Below, in pieces: positions 1 to 9,947 of a DNA stretch of 64,000 nt. This DNA comes from Salinivirgaceae bacterium. Its GTDB lineage: Bacteria > Bacteroidota > Bacteroidia > Bacteroidales > Salinivirgaceae. The stretch spans positions 3,010 through 67,009 of the forward strand of contig DAOOBP010000002.1 of NCBI GenBank assembly GCA_035407925.1. Reading direction: 5' to 3'. A model generated the notes under the pieces. It did not search any database, was not told where the DNA came from, and worked only from the letters and a program-made list of their open reading frames with translations. The position numbers and the translations under genes are program-made. Within the stretch, counting starts at the first letter, position 1; each line of letters begins with the position of its first letter.

Positions 1-199
1 GATTGTTGCCTTTTGGGGCAGATGTCGCCAGTTTTCTATGCCCTAGACCCACTGAATAGGAACTTTCTGCATCTACATATACTCCCTCACCATCCGAACC
101 GCGATGTGATACGGTGGCGTTCATAACAACTATCTTTTTATTTAAATACTCTGAATTGTATGCTGATGGAAATGAGTATATACCGTTAATGGCGCACAT
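1..199 (-). CDS. asparagine synthase (glutamine-hydrolysing)-like amidotransferase, N-terminal fragment running off the window
   Basis: Reverse-strand translation from the ATG at 199..197 reads MCAINGIYSF...VSHRGSDGEGVY...VGLGHRKLA. This shows the Cys2 Ntn-amidotransferase start and the HRGxDG / LGHxRL motifs of AsnB-type enzymes. It is absent from the ORF track because it is truncated. Confidence 0.7.
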   Translation of the reverse strand, partial: MCAINGIYSFPSAYNSEYLNKKIVVMNATVSHRGSDGEGVYVDAESSYSVGLGHRKLATSAPKGNN

Positions 200-231
200 A
201 ATTTAATTTTTATTTTGTTTTTGCTGTTGTT

Positions 232-322
232 TAGTACCGATTAGAATATGTATCTGTAACATCGGTATTTACCAAAGTAAAATAAAAAATATTGGACATT
301 TTTTAAATTACAATTGGTATTA
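232..322 (+). repeat. Short copy of dispersed structured repeat family R1 (ends ...TTAAATTACAATTGGTAT)
   Basis: Sequence is taccgatt..tatgtatctgtaacatcggtattta...attggacattttttaaattacaattggtat. The same left, middle and right blocks occur at 35775-35939 and 50401-50531, but this copy lacks the internal ggacagctac..tagtccaaa hairpin. Confidence 0.6.
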
Positions 323-562
323 CTTGAAGGATAGTGTACAAAGAAGATAATATAACTACTTGAAGTAGTACATATATAGCTATTCTAGACAAAATAGATG
401 AAATAGAAACTTTTATTTTACTAGAAAAAGTGTAAGTTTAGTAAAAAATCAGCGGTAATAAGTTAACATTTAAAAACTTAATATTTATTGGAACGACCTT
501 TTCTGTGATATGAATAAAGAACAAAAAACCTGAAAACAAAACAATTATAGTTACAAAAATAT

Positions 563-1630
563 TTATACTAACGACTTGTAAAGCGTTATAAACTCGTTCA
601 TCACATTGGATATATCATAATTTTGAAGTCTATCTTGTTGACTTTTGACGACTTGATCTTTCAGTTGTTTGTCTCTTTCTAAATTCATAATTATTTCAGC
701 TAAACGCTCCTTATCGCCCACTTCAAAAAGACACTCTTTTTCTACAATTACTTCATTGAGTCCTTGTACATTTGTTCCGATAGCGGGTAACCCACAAGCC
801 ATATACTCTAAAGCTACTATTCCAAAGCCTTCCCAATTGGATGACAGTACGCCGTAATCACACGCTTTTAAAATAGAATAAACATCTTTTCTACTTCCCA
901 GCAAAACAACCTTTTTTTGTAATTCTAATGCTTCAACTAACTCTTGTTTTTCCTTGAGTAATATTCCTTCACCAATCAGCAAAAGCTTATAGTTACTAGG
1001 TAATAGTGTCATTGCTTGAATTAAAGTGTTTTGATCTTTTTGCCTATCTCTAAAGCTACCAATCATTACTAAAATTTTATCAGAAGAGTCAAGATTTAAC
1101 AATTTTCTTTCAATAGGCTTTGTTTTGGTAATCTCATCTATTATTACGAAGTTATTTATGAGTACAGTTTTGCTTGAAGTTATCCAGTTTTCTAGTGCCT
1201 TCTTGACGCCTTCACTTATACAGGTGGTAACAGAATAACGAGAATAAGCTATTCTTTCTATGAATTTATATCTTCTTTTCCTTCGGTTATTATGTGTATT
1301 GTGCTCTGTGTGTACAAATTTTTTATTTCTGAAGAAGAAAGATAGAAATGCTACAATATAAAATGGATGAAAAAGATGTACGTGTATAATATCATACTTT
1401 TTTATTGCGTTGTATAGCGCTCTTATCTTTTTCAAGCTAAAAAACTTTTCGTTCTCATTTTTAAAGTACAATACATCTGGGTTTAACCTATTTTCAAAGA
1501 AATCCCAATCGGAAACAAATACAAATAAGCCCACTTCGTGACCATTATCAACTAAGTAGTTACACATTTCCACAACAAGCTTTTCAGCGCCACCGGAAAA
1601 TAAGCTACTTATAACATGAAGAATTCTCAT
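563..1630 (-). CDS. glycosyltransferase, GT4 (GT-B fold)
   Basis: 355 aa. N-terminus is MRILHVISSLFSGGAEK. The C-terminal EGFGIVALEYMACGLPAIGTNVQG is the typical GT4/GT1 E-x7-E region. Confidence 0.85.
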   Translation of the reverse strand: MRILHVISSLFSGGAEKLVVEMCNYLVDNGHEVGLFVFVSDWDFFENRLNPDVLYFKNENEKFFSLKKIRALYNAIKKYDIIHVHLFHPFYIVAFLSFFFRNKKFVHTEHNTHNNRRKRRYKFIERIAYSRYSVTTCISEGVKKALENWITSSKTVLINNFVIIDEITKTKPIERKLLNLDSSDKILVMIGSFRDRQKDQNTLIQAMTLLPSNYKLLLIGEGILLKEKQELVEALELQKKVVLLGSRKDVYSILKACDYGVLSSNWEGFGIVALEYMACGLPAIGTNVQGLNEVIVEKECLFEVGDKERLAEIIMNLERDKQLKDQVVKSQQDRLQNYDISNVMNEFITLYKSLV

Positions 1631-1968
1631 AATTTCTTTATTGCCTAATAATTTTCGTTTGAAATTTTAGATTAAAAACACCTGTTTTTGACACAACTTT
1701 TTTTCCTCTTTTTGATTAATTGTCGTTTTTTCCTTTTTAGTATATCTTTTAAAGTTTAACGTATTGATTTTATTCTTTATCGTGACATATTGCTATGCAT
1801 TTTGTTTAAATTTCGCTTTTGGCACGAAGACCACGAAGCACATGAGTTTGATCGCATCTATAATTATCAAGTTTAAGCAATAGCAAAAGTAACCGTAAAC
1901 GAGGAGTATTGTTTTTTATCAAAATCAAACGGAAAATAAAATACTTGAGGTTTAGTTCTCTAATGTTG

Positions 1969-3078
1969 TCAGTAACGGCAAAATCTGGATTTATTATTTT
2001 TTTTATCTATAAAATCCATATATTTTCGTAGTAATGATCTGTTGTTGTATTGTGATACCAACTTATTATAGCTTTTTTCAATTAAACTATCTACAAACCA
2101 TTTGTTTTCAACCATATAAATGATGTTGCTTTTTATTCTATTCGAATCCCCCACTTCAAACAACATAGCTTCTTTTCCATCAATTAGTAAATTATTTATA
2201 CCCTTAATATTTGTTGCTATAATCGGCACTTTACAAGCCATTACTTGTAAAAGACTAGTGCTTAACGTTTCAGCCAAGGATGAATGTATGTAAATATCTG
2301 TTTTATGCAATAAATCTACTACTTCGTCTTCATCTAGTTTTCCAGTAAAGTGTACTAAGTTTTCCAGTTTCCGTTTCTTGACCATTTCCATCAGTTCAGG
2401 TTTTGTATCTCCGTCACCAGCAATATATAATTTACAAGGGTGAGTTTTGGCCACTTCTTCAACAGCTTCTATCAGTGTTTTATGGTCACGAAGTGGAGTT
2501 AGCCGACTTATCATAGAAAATACAAGCTCCTTGTTATCTAACTTTTTTTCGTTTGGATAAAATTTTTTTGTGTTTATCCCGTTAGGTATGGTTTGTATCT
2601 TTTTATCACATACTAAACACCTAAATTTACTCTTTATCTCCGATTTGTACAGTTCTGTCAGATACACTATCTTTGGAGAAAGTAAAAGTATAAAAAGGCT
2701 ATAAATCCAATCTATTTTTGTTTTGGCATGATTTGACTGGTGTTCTACCATTAACCACTTCACCTTATGGAACAACGAATAAAGAAAAACAACAAAAACC
2801 AAAGATGTGTTGTGCACAATCATATAGTTTGGTTTTTGTTTTTTTAACAGTCGATAAACTCTCTTTTGTGAAGCAAAATCAAAACCTTTTTTTTTCCTTA
2901 CGTTTTCAAATTCTACATTTAGTTCGTTTGCTTTTGTGATAAACATTTCCGAAGGCTCTTCAATGCCAAACCCAAGTAAACTATGGTTGTAAAAACACTC
3001 TTCATCTGCTTCTATCAGCGAAAAAGCTACTGATGAATGACCACCAAGACCAGGATATAGAATTTGAAGAAGTTTCAT
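1969..3078 (-). CDS. glycosyltransferase, GT4-like
   Basis: 369 aa. Contains LQILYPGLGGHSS, then a C-terminal SSLAETLSTSLLQVMACKVPIIATNIKG nucleotide-sugar binding region. Its first ~47 codons are duplicated at 6921-7064. Confidence 0.75.
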   Translation of the reverse strand: MKLLQILYPGLGGHSSVAFSLIEADEECFYNHSLLGFGIEEPSEMFITKANELNVEFENVRKKKGFDFASQKRVYRLLKKQKPNYMIVHNTSLVFVVFLYSLFHKVKWLMVEHQSNHAKTKIDWIYSLFILLLSPKIVYLTELYKSEIKSKFRCLVCDKKIQTIPNGINTKKFYPNEKKLDNKELVFSMISRLTPLRDHKTLIEAVEEVAKTHPCKLYIAGDGDTKPELMEMVKKRKLENLVHFTGKLDEDEVVDLLHKTDIYIHSSLAETLSTSLLQVMACKVPIIATNIKGINNLLIDGKEAMLFEVGDSNRIKSNIIYMVENKWFVDSLIEKSYNKLVSQYNNRSLLRKYMDFIDKKNNKSRFCRY

Positions 3079-3105
3079 TTAGTGTTTTACAAGTATTATA
3101 TCAAC

Positions 3106-4758
3106 TTATTTTTTTTTATATGCAGCATCAATTACAAATAATCCATTTGCTTGGTGTAAATGGTGCATAGATATTAATCCTTTATAAAAATTTGGGTAAG
3201 TTGTTACAATGGTTTTTTCAATATATTCATTAATAGTAAGTTTTTCAATTCTATTAATATTTAGCGCTCGCCCATAAATTCCGTCAATATTTGCTTGTGA
3301 AGGTCTATAAATTTCATTCTCATATTCAAAGATAGCGCCTCCATTTCTTGCCACTTTAGAATTAATTATGACAGGATTATTTTTATGAGCTTCTAAATCT
3401 TCCAAATTTTGTTGGTTTACTTTGTAAATGTATAATTCACTTTCCAGTGGCGTGTAAAAATCTGCTTTTTTATTAATAAATAACCATTTTGTTTTACTCT
3501 TATCTGTATAAAAGAAAGCATCAGCTACTTTTTCTCCTTCAAAAGCTGTTGTATAAAGTTCCCAGTCGCTGGGAAATTTCTTACACTTGTATATTTCTAA
3601 ACGATTATTGGTATTAGTTTCTGGCATAAGGAAAATATCTTCATTTTCTTTATAAATAAATGGATATGATAAATGATAATCTTTTTCTAAAACATCGACT
3701 ATGTCAATTAACTGATTTTCAACAATTTTACCACACGATATTTTTCCTTTCTTTGTTTTATAATTATAATTCTCAAAAAACACATAATTTTCATCTTTAT
3801 AGTTAAAAATAAAAGGGTCTGCCCAAAATTCATTTTTAGGTAGCTTTACGGGTTTCAATCTATATAATGTAGAATTAAGAAAGTCACCTTTACCTATAAA
3901 TATTGTCCAACAATTATATCTAGTACCAAATATTTTATAACTTACTTTTTCTATTATTTTCTCAGCCATTTTTAAATAAAAATTTATTGAGTATTTTAGA
4001 ACGACTCCAAATTTAGGAGCTTTGTACAATGGGTTATAGTACACAAGCGATTTTTTTGGATTAAAATCGCCTTGTTGTAGTTTCTTAATATTTTTAAATA
4101 AAATGGAAACAGATGCTTCTAAAATATGATGTCTTGTTTTAATAAAAGACCAATAACGATTAAAAAATGACTTATCTATAACAAGCCCCCCATCTAATTC
4201 AGGTGTTAATTTTTGTAATGTTACCCCAACAGAGGATTGATTTAAAAATACTTCCCAAAACCCGGGAGGTCCACCTCTATTAATTGAATTATCTCCGTGA
4301 TGAAACGACCAGATACCATATTTTGCCGCGTATAATATTTCTCCTCTAATTATGTTAAATTCGTGGCGTAGAATTATATCAAGGTTATATTTTTTAATTT
4401 TATCAACATCGTTTTTACTAAAAATATCCAAAAAGCCTTTTCTTTCAGGTGTTACTTTTATTTTATCTACTTTGTTTAGTTCTTGAACAATTCGAGTTTT
4501 ATCGACAATGGATTTTTCCTTTAATAATTTATTCTCTATTTTACACTGAAAAGAAAATAATGCTTTTCCAAAGATGTCTTTAGATTTTAATAGTCTTTTT
4601 AGCTTGTTTTTTAATGCTTTTGGATTATCATTTTCTTTCCTACCATCTTGGATTAGTAAAACCAATTCAAGAGATGGGTTTTCTATAATACCTTTAATTA
4701 TTCTTAACTCATAATTTGACAATGCTTCAAACTCTTTAATTAATATTCCTATTTTCAT
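3106..4758 (-). CDS. two-domain protein: formyltransferase-like N-terminal domain fused to an uncharacterised beta-rich C-terminal domain
   Basis: 550 aa. WSFHHGDNSINRGGPPGFWEV resembles the catalytic H-x-S-L-L-P-x-x-R-G loop region of Fmt/ArnA-type formyltransferases. The C-terminal ~270 aa (WADPFIF..ENYVFFENY..) has no function I can assign. Confidence 0.5.
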   Translation of the reverse strand: MKIGILIKEFEALSNYELRIIKGIIENPSLELVLLIQDGRKENDNPKALKNKLKRLLKSKDIFGKALFSFQCKIENKLLKEKSIVDKTRIVQELNKVDKIKVTPERKGFLDIFSKNDVDKIKKYNLDIILRHEFNIIRGEILYAAKYGIWSFHHGDNSINRGGPPGFWEVFLNQSSVGVTLQKLTPELDGGLVIDKSFFNRYWSFIKTRHHILEASVSILFKNIKKLQQGDFNPKKSLVYYNPLYKAPKFGVVLKYSINFYLKMAEKIIEKVSYKIFGTRYNCWTIFIGKGDFLNSTLYRLKPVKLPKNEFWADPFIFNYKDENYVFFENYNYKTKKGKISCGKIVENQLIDIVDVLEKDYHLSYPFIYKENEDIFLMPETNTNNRLEIYKCKKFPSDWELYTTAFEGEKVADAFFYTDKSKTKWLFINKKADFYTPLESELYIYKVNQQNLEDLEAHKNNPVIINSKVARNGGAIFEYENEIYRPSQANIDGIYGRALNINRIEKLTINEYIEKTIVTTYPNFYKGLISMHHLHQANGLFVIDAAYKKK

Positions 4759-5013
4759 TTTATCTCCTAATTATGATGCAGTTAACATATGGTCTACAAA
4801 AAAAATATAAAATATCTTTATGCTACTTTCTATATTTTTCTTTTTTATAAATTTTTACTAATCAGCAAAATACAACAAATAAATCTGATTAAAAAAATTG
4901 CAAGTGTAAATTTTTTTATTGTTTTTGCAAAAAGCTCTCTCCTTTATCGCTACGAATTCATATTTCGTTTCCTACAATTTCTGCTGATAATTTATGGGGC
5001 TTATACAATTTAA

Positions 5014-6303
5014 CTATCTGATTAATAAATTAGTTTTCTCTTTTTCTTGCATCATTAATCCCAGCATAACCAAAAACACTGGAACTATTTTTTGTCTATG
5101 TCTTAAGGCTGTTCCTGCATTACCAACTCCAATACCGAAGATAATGGCTACAATAACTATACTCACAAACAGTATAATTATCAACTTTTTATTTTGTGAA
5201 AAATACCTTTTATTTTTAAAAAAGTAATATAGAATGAACATATACAATAAAGCATCTAAAAAGAAAGTAACTATATCTTTTACTCCACGCCAATCAAAAG
5301 GTAATGGTGAAAATAAGAAATAAAATGCTCGTATAGGAGCAAAAAGGATAAATTGCAATGGGTTATTTACCGTAAACCCTTGCAAATATGCAGATTCCCC
5401 TAATGGTAACATGGTGCTTTCAAATATATCAGAAGGTTCCTCTAAAGTTCTAAATTTATCGAACATCACGTCACCGAATGAGGTAGAAAACAAAAACACA
5501 AAAATCAAAACAGGGATAAACAGCAAAAAGTTTTGAAAAGAGAAAACAAACTTTTTACTAGAATGCTTATAAAACAGTAACATAATTAAATATCCCAAAG
5601 CCAATCCTATTACACCCGAATGAAACATAGCTCCCAAAGCTAAAGAGAAAAGAGATATTATAAACGCCCAAAGCTTTTCTTCCTTATACCACTTTGCAAA
5701 ATAGTACAATGATACTACTACAAAAAAGGTTGGCAATATCTCTCGTAATAAAATAGCCGACACTATTAGTGAGTTTGGGAAAAAGGAAGTAATAAGAAGA
5801 ATTGTCTTAGTAATATTATGTTCAATATTTAACAGCACAAGAGTCTTGTAAACAAAAATTACAACCATCAGTCCAAACAGTACGTTAACATAATGACCTA
5901 AAATTCGTGCAGGACCAGTAAAATAAAACAAAACACCTAAAATTTTTGGATAAAATCCACTTCGGATAGGCTCCTTTAATTGAGTTAAATCTTCAGAAAC
6001 AGACACAGCAATACGATAGAAATATTCAGAATCCATACCGCTTCCAGGGAATGTAAAGATATGTCTCGCATTCAAATCCCATAACATAAAAAGGGTACGT
6101 AAAATTAAAGCCCAAACAAAAATAGATGAATATTTAGAGTCACTGATAATAAGCGTTATTATTGTTACAATAAAATGTATTGAAACAACAACATAAGCAT
6201 TAGTATCACAATCAGATGTGGGATTTCTAAAAAAAGATATAGTAAGTAATTCAATTATTAAAACTATCCAAACAACCCATATGTATTTGCTAATACTTTT
6301 CAC
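5014..6303 (-). CDS. polytopic membrane protein, candidate Wzy-type polymerase
   Basis: 429 aa, about 10 or more hydrophobic segments. It sits in a Wzx-containing polysaccharide locus that has no other polymerase candidate. No diagnostic motif was seen. Confidence 0.45.
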   Translation of the reverse strand: MKSISKYIWVVWIVLIIELLTISFFRNPTSDCDTNAYVVVSIHFIVTIITLIISDSKYSSIFVWALILRTLFMLWDLNARHIFTFPGSGMDSEYFYRIAVSVSEDLTQLKEPIRSGFYPKILGVLFYFTGPARILGHYVNVLFGLMVVIFVYKTLVLLNIEHNITKTILLITSFFPNSLIVSAILLREILPTFFVVVSLYYFAKWYKEEKLWAFIISLFSLALGAMFHSGVIGLALGYLIMLLFYKHSSKKFVFSFQNFLLFIPVLIFVFLFSTSFGDVMFDKFRTLEEPSDIFESTMLPLGESAYLQGFTVNNPLQFILFAPIRAFYFLFSPLPFDWRGVKDIVTFFLDALLYMFILYYFFKNKRYFSQNKKLIIILFVSIVIVAIIFGIGVGNAGTALRHRQKIVPVFLVMLGLMMQEKEKTNLLIR

Positions 6304-6431
6304 TGAAAGGTAATGTTTAAAAAATTTTTGAACCTAATAGACTAATAAACAAGCATGATAGAGAGTTGAGTTTCTATTTTTGCATCTGGGTTTTTAGTAC
6401 ATGGCAAAAAGTTAATAATATAATTAAAAAA

Positions 6432-6611
6432 ATATTGGACAATTATTAAACGCAAACCCTGAATTTTTAGGTAATAGATTTTAAAAGGCGATGCACTGAG
6501 CGTAGCCGAAGTGTAAAAGGTAAAAGTGGAATTGTCCTACTGACAAAAAGTCCGATGATAATCCAAAACTCTAAATTTTTAGGGTTTGGGTTTAAATTAC
6601 AATTGGTATAA
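6432..6611 (+). repeat. R1-family repeat right half, interrupted by a nested ~137 bp element with its own inverted termini
   Basis: attggacaattattaaac and gtttaaattacaattggtata flank an insert at 6454-6590. The insert is bounded by caaaccctgaatttttag / ctaaatttttagggtttg (inverted) and contains the core gcactgagcgtagccgaagtg. Confidence 0.55.
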
Positions 6612-6920
6612 AAAACAGAAACGTTCAAAGCCAAAAGGGATAAAATAATTTTATAACAATCTTGTTTTCATAATTTTATATCACCCTTTCAGGATTTAAT
6701 TAACGTTTGGCTTTCATTAAGTTATAATCATTTCATCCTTTCAGGATTATTGGTTATGCGAAAACAATGTGCAATTGAGTTGAAAGTTGAAAGAAGAGGT
6801 GTTTATTGAGTGGGTCCTAGGTCATTGAGCTAAGTTGAAGTGTAGAAGTGAGCTAAGTCAAGGTAAAGACGGAAGTTGTGATAGTTACTTTCAACTTTAC
6901 AAACTTTTAGACTTCGATAG

Positions 6921-7064
6921 TTATTGAGCAAGCATTTCGGCAGGTTCAATGCCAAATCCATGTAAGCTATGATTGTAAGAACGTTCTTCGTCTATTTCTA
7001 TTAGCGAAAAAGCTACTGATGAATGACCACCAAGACCCGGATATGGTATTTGAAGGAGTTTCAT
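6921..7064 (-). pseudogene. truncated duplicate of the 5' end of the GT4-like gene at 1969-3078
   Basis: It translates to MKLLQIPYPGLGGHSSVAFSLIEIDEERSYNHSLHGFGIEPAEMLAQ*, against MKLLQILYPGLGGHSSVAFSLIEADEECFYNHSLLGFGIE... for the intact gene. 35 of the first 40 residues are identical by eye. Nucleotide similarity continues into the flanking tagtgttttacaagtat. Confidence 0.85.
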
Positions 7065-8051
7065 CTAGTGTTTTACAAGTATTTCATCAACTTCTTTTTT
7101 CTGAGAAAAAGCAACTTTAAAGTTATCTTTCCAGTAGCCAACACCAATCATCATAATCAGGCGTTCGTGTTCAGGAATATTACCTAGCTTTTTGACTTTT
7201 TTCTCTCTTGTATAGGGAAAACAAGTATTTAAACCGCATGAACCTATTCCTAAATGATGCAGTGCTAGTTGTAAGCTCATGGAAATTAACCCACCATCAA
7301 CAAAAACTTCATTTTGTTCCATTTTTGTAAAACCTTGAATATCGGTTGTAACAATAAACAAACCTTGAATGCTTTTTGTGAACCCGCCACTACCATGTTG
7401 TAGGTCTAACAAAGCGTTTTTCAGCTCTACATTATCGTAATAGTGAAGTTTCCAACTTTGTCTATTACAAACCGATGGCGTATGTCGGGCAATATCAATT
7501 GCTTTACGTATATCCTCCATTTTTACTTTCTCATCTTTAAAGTCTCTAACCGATGAACGACTTTGGACAAACTTCAAGTAGTCAATGTTAGTATATCTTT
7601 TTAAATCTTCAATTTCGTATTTTTTTGTTCCACCAAAATTGATTTTTACATCGTATTGCTTAATTAGTAGTACGATTTTCTCTTTTAGAGCCTTGTCTTT
7701 TTTATCAAAATTTGGATTTTGTTTTAGGTAATCTGAGAGACAATTTCTCACAGGTTGCGAAACATCTATATCAAAGCCATACCACTTTTCAAACTGCTCA
7801 GTCTTAGTTAAAAGCAACTTTATTTTTGGAATACCGAAGTTTTCTCTTGGATTAGGTAACGACAATCCTTTTTCAATGATATGATATTGCTTAATTAGAA
7901 AAGCTTTTAAATTTTCCTTCTTCTTTAATCTGTTGTTTCTGAATGAATATTTAAAAAACAAACGTAAAGAATAAACAGCGTTCAAGCATTCACCTATTCC
8001 GGTTCTTGCAAAAATCAGTCCGTGATATTTATTATTTATCCATTCTTTCAT
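7065..8051 (-). CDS. nitroreductase-family protein with long N-terminal extension
   Basis: 328 aa. RSSVRDF and ARHTPSVCNRQSW are nitroreductase-fold motifs. It is a paralogue of 11921-12979. Its last codons lie in sequence homologous to the spacer at 3079-3105. Confidence 0.75.
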   Translation of the reverse strand: MKEWINNKYHGLIFARTGIGECLNAVYSLRLFFKYSFRNNRLKKKENLKAFLIKQYHIIEKGLSLPNPRENFGIPKIKLLLTKTEQFEKWYGFDIDVSQPVRNCLSDYLKQNPNFDKKDKALKEKIVLLIKQYDVKINFGGTKKYEIEDLKRYTNIDYLKFVQSRSSVRDFKDEKVKMEDIRKAIDIARHTPSVCNRQSWKLHYYDNVELKNALLDLQHGSGGFTKSIQGLFIVTTDIQGFTKMEQNEVFVDGGLISMSLQLALHHLGIGSCGLNTCFPYTREKKVKKLGNIPEHERLIMMIGVGYWKDNFKVAFSQKKEVDEILVKH

Positions 8052-9150
8052 TATTCAGTGTATTAAGTAAAAAATTTTTTGAATATTGGATTTTATTTTC
8101 CAACACATGACTTATTTGGTTAAAATCAATTTTTTGAGTTACAAGTTTTTTATCCATTTGAGACACTAACCTTTCTTGCAATCCAAAATCTTGTAAAAAA
8201 TCACGCATTCTTGTGTTTATTTTAATTTGCCGATTGAAAATCAAAAACTGCTTGCCAAAAATAACGGAGAAAGCAGTAGCATGAAACGAATTTGCCAATA
8301 CAAAATGAGAATGGTACAGTAAGTTCAAAAACTTATCAGGTCCTATTGACCAAAAAACTTCATCGGCATACTTTATTTTTTTACTTAATGCAAAAATTTT
8401 CCACCCATTCTTTTCTTTCAAGTACAATGCATAATTTTTTATTATTTCATCATTTTCGAAATCGTACACTAGCACATAGGGTTCTACTTCTTTATTCTTA
8501 ATGAACAGTTTTTCCCACTCTTTTTTTGAAATTAAGAAAACAGGGTCAAGTACTTGCACCGCTCTATTTATACCCATATTTTCTAAAATACGTAATCCAG
8601 AATTTTCTCTTACAGAAATATAGTCAATACGGTTTACCTTCTCTTTTACGAAATCTTTCCACTCATCTGAAACATTGTCTATTGCAAAACTTGCCGCGTA
8701 AGAAATTTTCTTTTTATTGTTAGCTACAAAATCTAAATAAAAAGCAGGGTCTTTCCCATTTTGCAAAAGAGAGTTCCAAATCTGGTCACTTCCACAGATA
8801 TAAGCGTCAGCCTTCGGTGTGTTATTTTTCAGCTGAATGTTGTTTACAAACAGCTTATCCGTTGAAGGGATAAAGTTCTTTTCAAAATCATTAAATGCAT
8901 TTCTTCGTTTTATATCGTTTATCTTGCTTGGTAGCTTTGCTATGACGTAGAGCAATTTCAGGAAAAGATTTTTTTTGAATTTAGGATTGGCGACACCGTA
9001 ATAAGAGAAAATTTCTGCTAAATATTTTGGCTGATAGTTTATTGTCTTTGCCTCGAAACCACTATTATTCAAAAAATAAAGCAAAGCAAATTGTTGTAAA
9101 CTTGCTCCATGATTGTAAACTTTATGGCAGGTGATAGTTAAAATTTTCAT
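8032..9150 (-). CDS. polysaccharide pyruvyl transferase family protein
   Basis: 372 aa. Shows the CGSDQIWN motif and a C-terminal SFHATAFS block typical of the WcaK/CsaB-like pyruvyl transferase family. Confidence 0.8.
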   Translation of the reverse strand: MKILTITCHKVYNHGASLQQFALLYFLNNSGFEAKTINYQPKYLAEIFSYYGVANPKFKKNLFLKLLYVIAKLPSKINDIKRRNAFNDFEKNFIPSTDKLFVNNIQLKNNTPKADAYICGSDQIWNSLLQNGKDPAFYLDFVANNKKKISYAASFAIDNVSDEWKDFVKEKVNRIDYISVRENSGLRILENMGINRAVQVLDPVFLISKKEWEKLFIKNKEVEPYVLVYDFENDEIIKNYALYLKEKNGWKIFALSKKIKYADEVFWSIGPDKFLNLLYHSHFVLANSFHATAFSVIFGKQFLIFNRQIKINTRMRDFLQDFGLQERLVSQMDKKLVTQKIDFNQISHVLENKIQYSKNFLLNTLNNERMDK

Positions 9151-9947
9151 AGAAAGTTAAACTTGTGTTGTTTAAAACACTTTATAAGATTGAGCCACTC
9201 CTTATTGTACAGGCATGATTTATATTTCAATTTAATCTGATGTTTTAAATAATTTTTTTCGTCTTTATTTTTAACACCTTTCAGGCTAATTACGCTTGCA
9301 AAACTTGCCTCATAGGGTGATGACTTGTTCATTGCTCTGTTTTCAGCGTCTAATTCATAGATTACTGTTTTAGCATCACTTGCTACAATATGATACTTCT
9401 TAGCTAGTCTATACCACATTTCTAAATCTTCACCTCTTTTAAGTTTTTCATTAAAAAAACCTACATTAGCAAAACATTGTTTATGAATTAAGCAAGTAGA
9501 AGAATTTATAATTTTTTCATTTATAGCTTTTTTAAAATAATTTTCGACTACGTAATGTTTAAACTGTTTTTTACTGTCATAAAGTTCATTCTCATTATTT
9601 GTAGGGCAATTAGTAAACACAAAATTATCAACAAATTCTGTTTTTGCATTAATCAATAATTTTAAATGGTCTTTTTGCCATCTGTCGTCTCCATCTAAAA
9701 AAGCAATCCATTCATAATTTGCTTCTTCTATTCCTTTATTTCTTGCACTAGAAACACCTCCGTTTTTTTTTTGTATCAGTCTAATTCTGTCATCTCTTAT
9801 TTCTTCTACTTTTTTTACACTATTATCAGTAGAGCCATCATTCACAACAACAATTTCAAAGTCTTGAAAAGTTTGATTTAGTACACAGTTGATAGTTTTA
9901 CTGATACTTTTGTCCTTATTATACAAGGGTATAACTACAGAAATCAT
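9147..9947 (-). CDS. glycosyltransferase family 2
   Basis: 266 aa. MISVVIPLYNKDKSI...VVVNDGSTDNS...FLDGDD is the classic GT2 (GT-A) signature. Confidence 0.9.
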   Translation of the reverse strand: MISVVIPLYNKDKSISKTINCVLNQTFQDFEIVVVNDGSTDNSVKKVEEIRDDRIRLIQKKNGGVSSARNKGIEEANYEWIAFLDGDDRWQKDHLKLLINAKTEFVDNFVFTNCPTNNENELYDSKKQFKHYVVENYFKKAINEKIINSSTCLIHKQCFANVGFFNEKLKRGEDLEMWYRLAKKYHIVASDAKTVIYELDAENRAMNKSSPYEASFASVISLKGVKNKDEKNYLKHQIKLKYKSCLYNKEWLNLIKCFKQHKFNFL

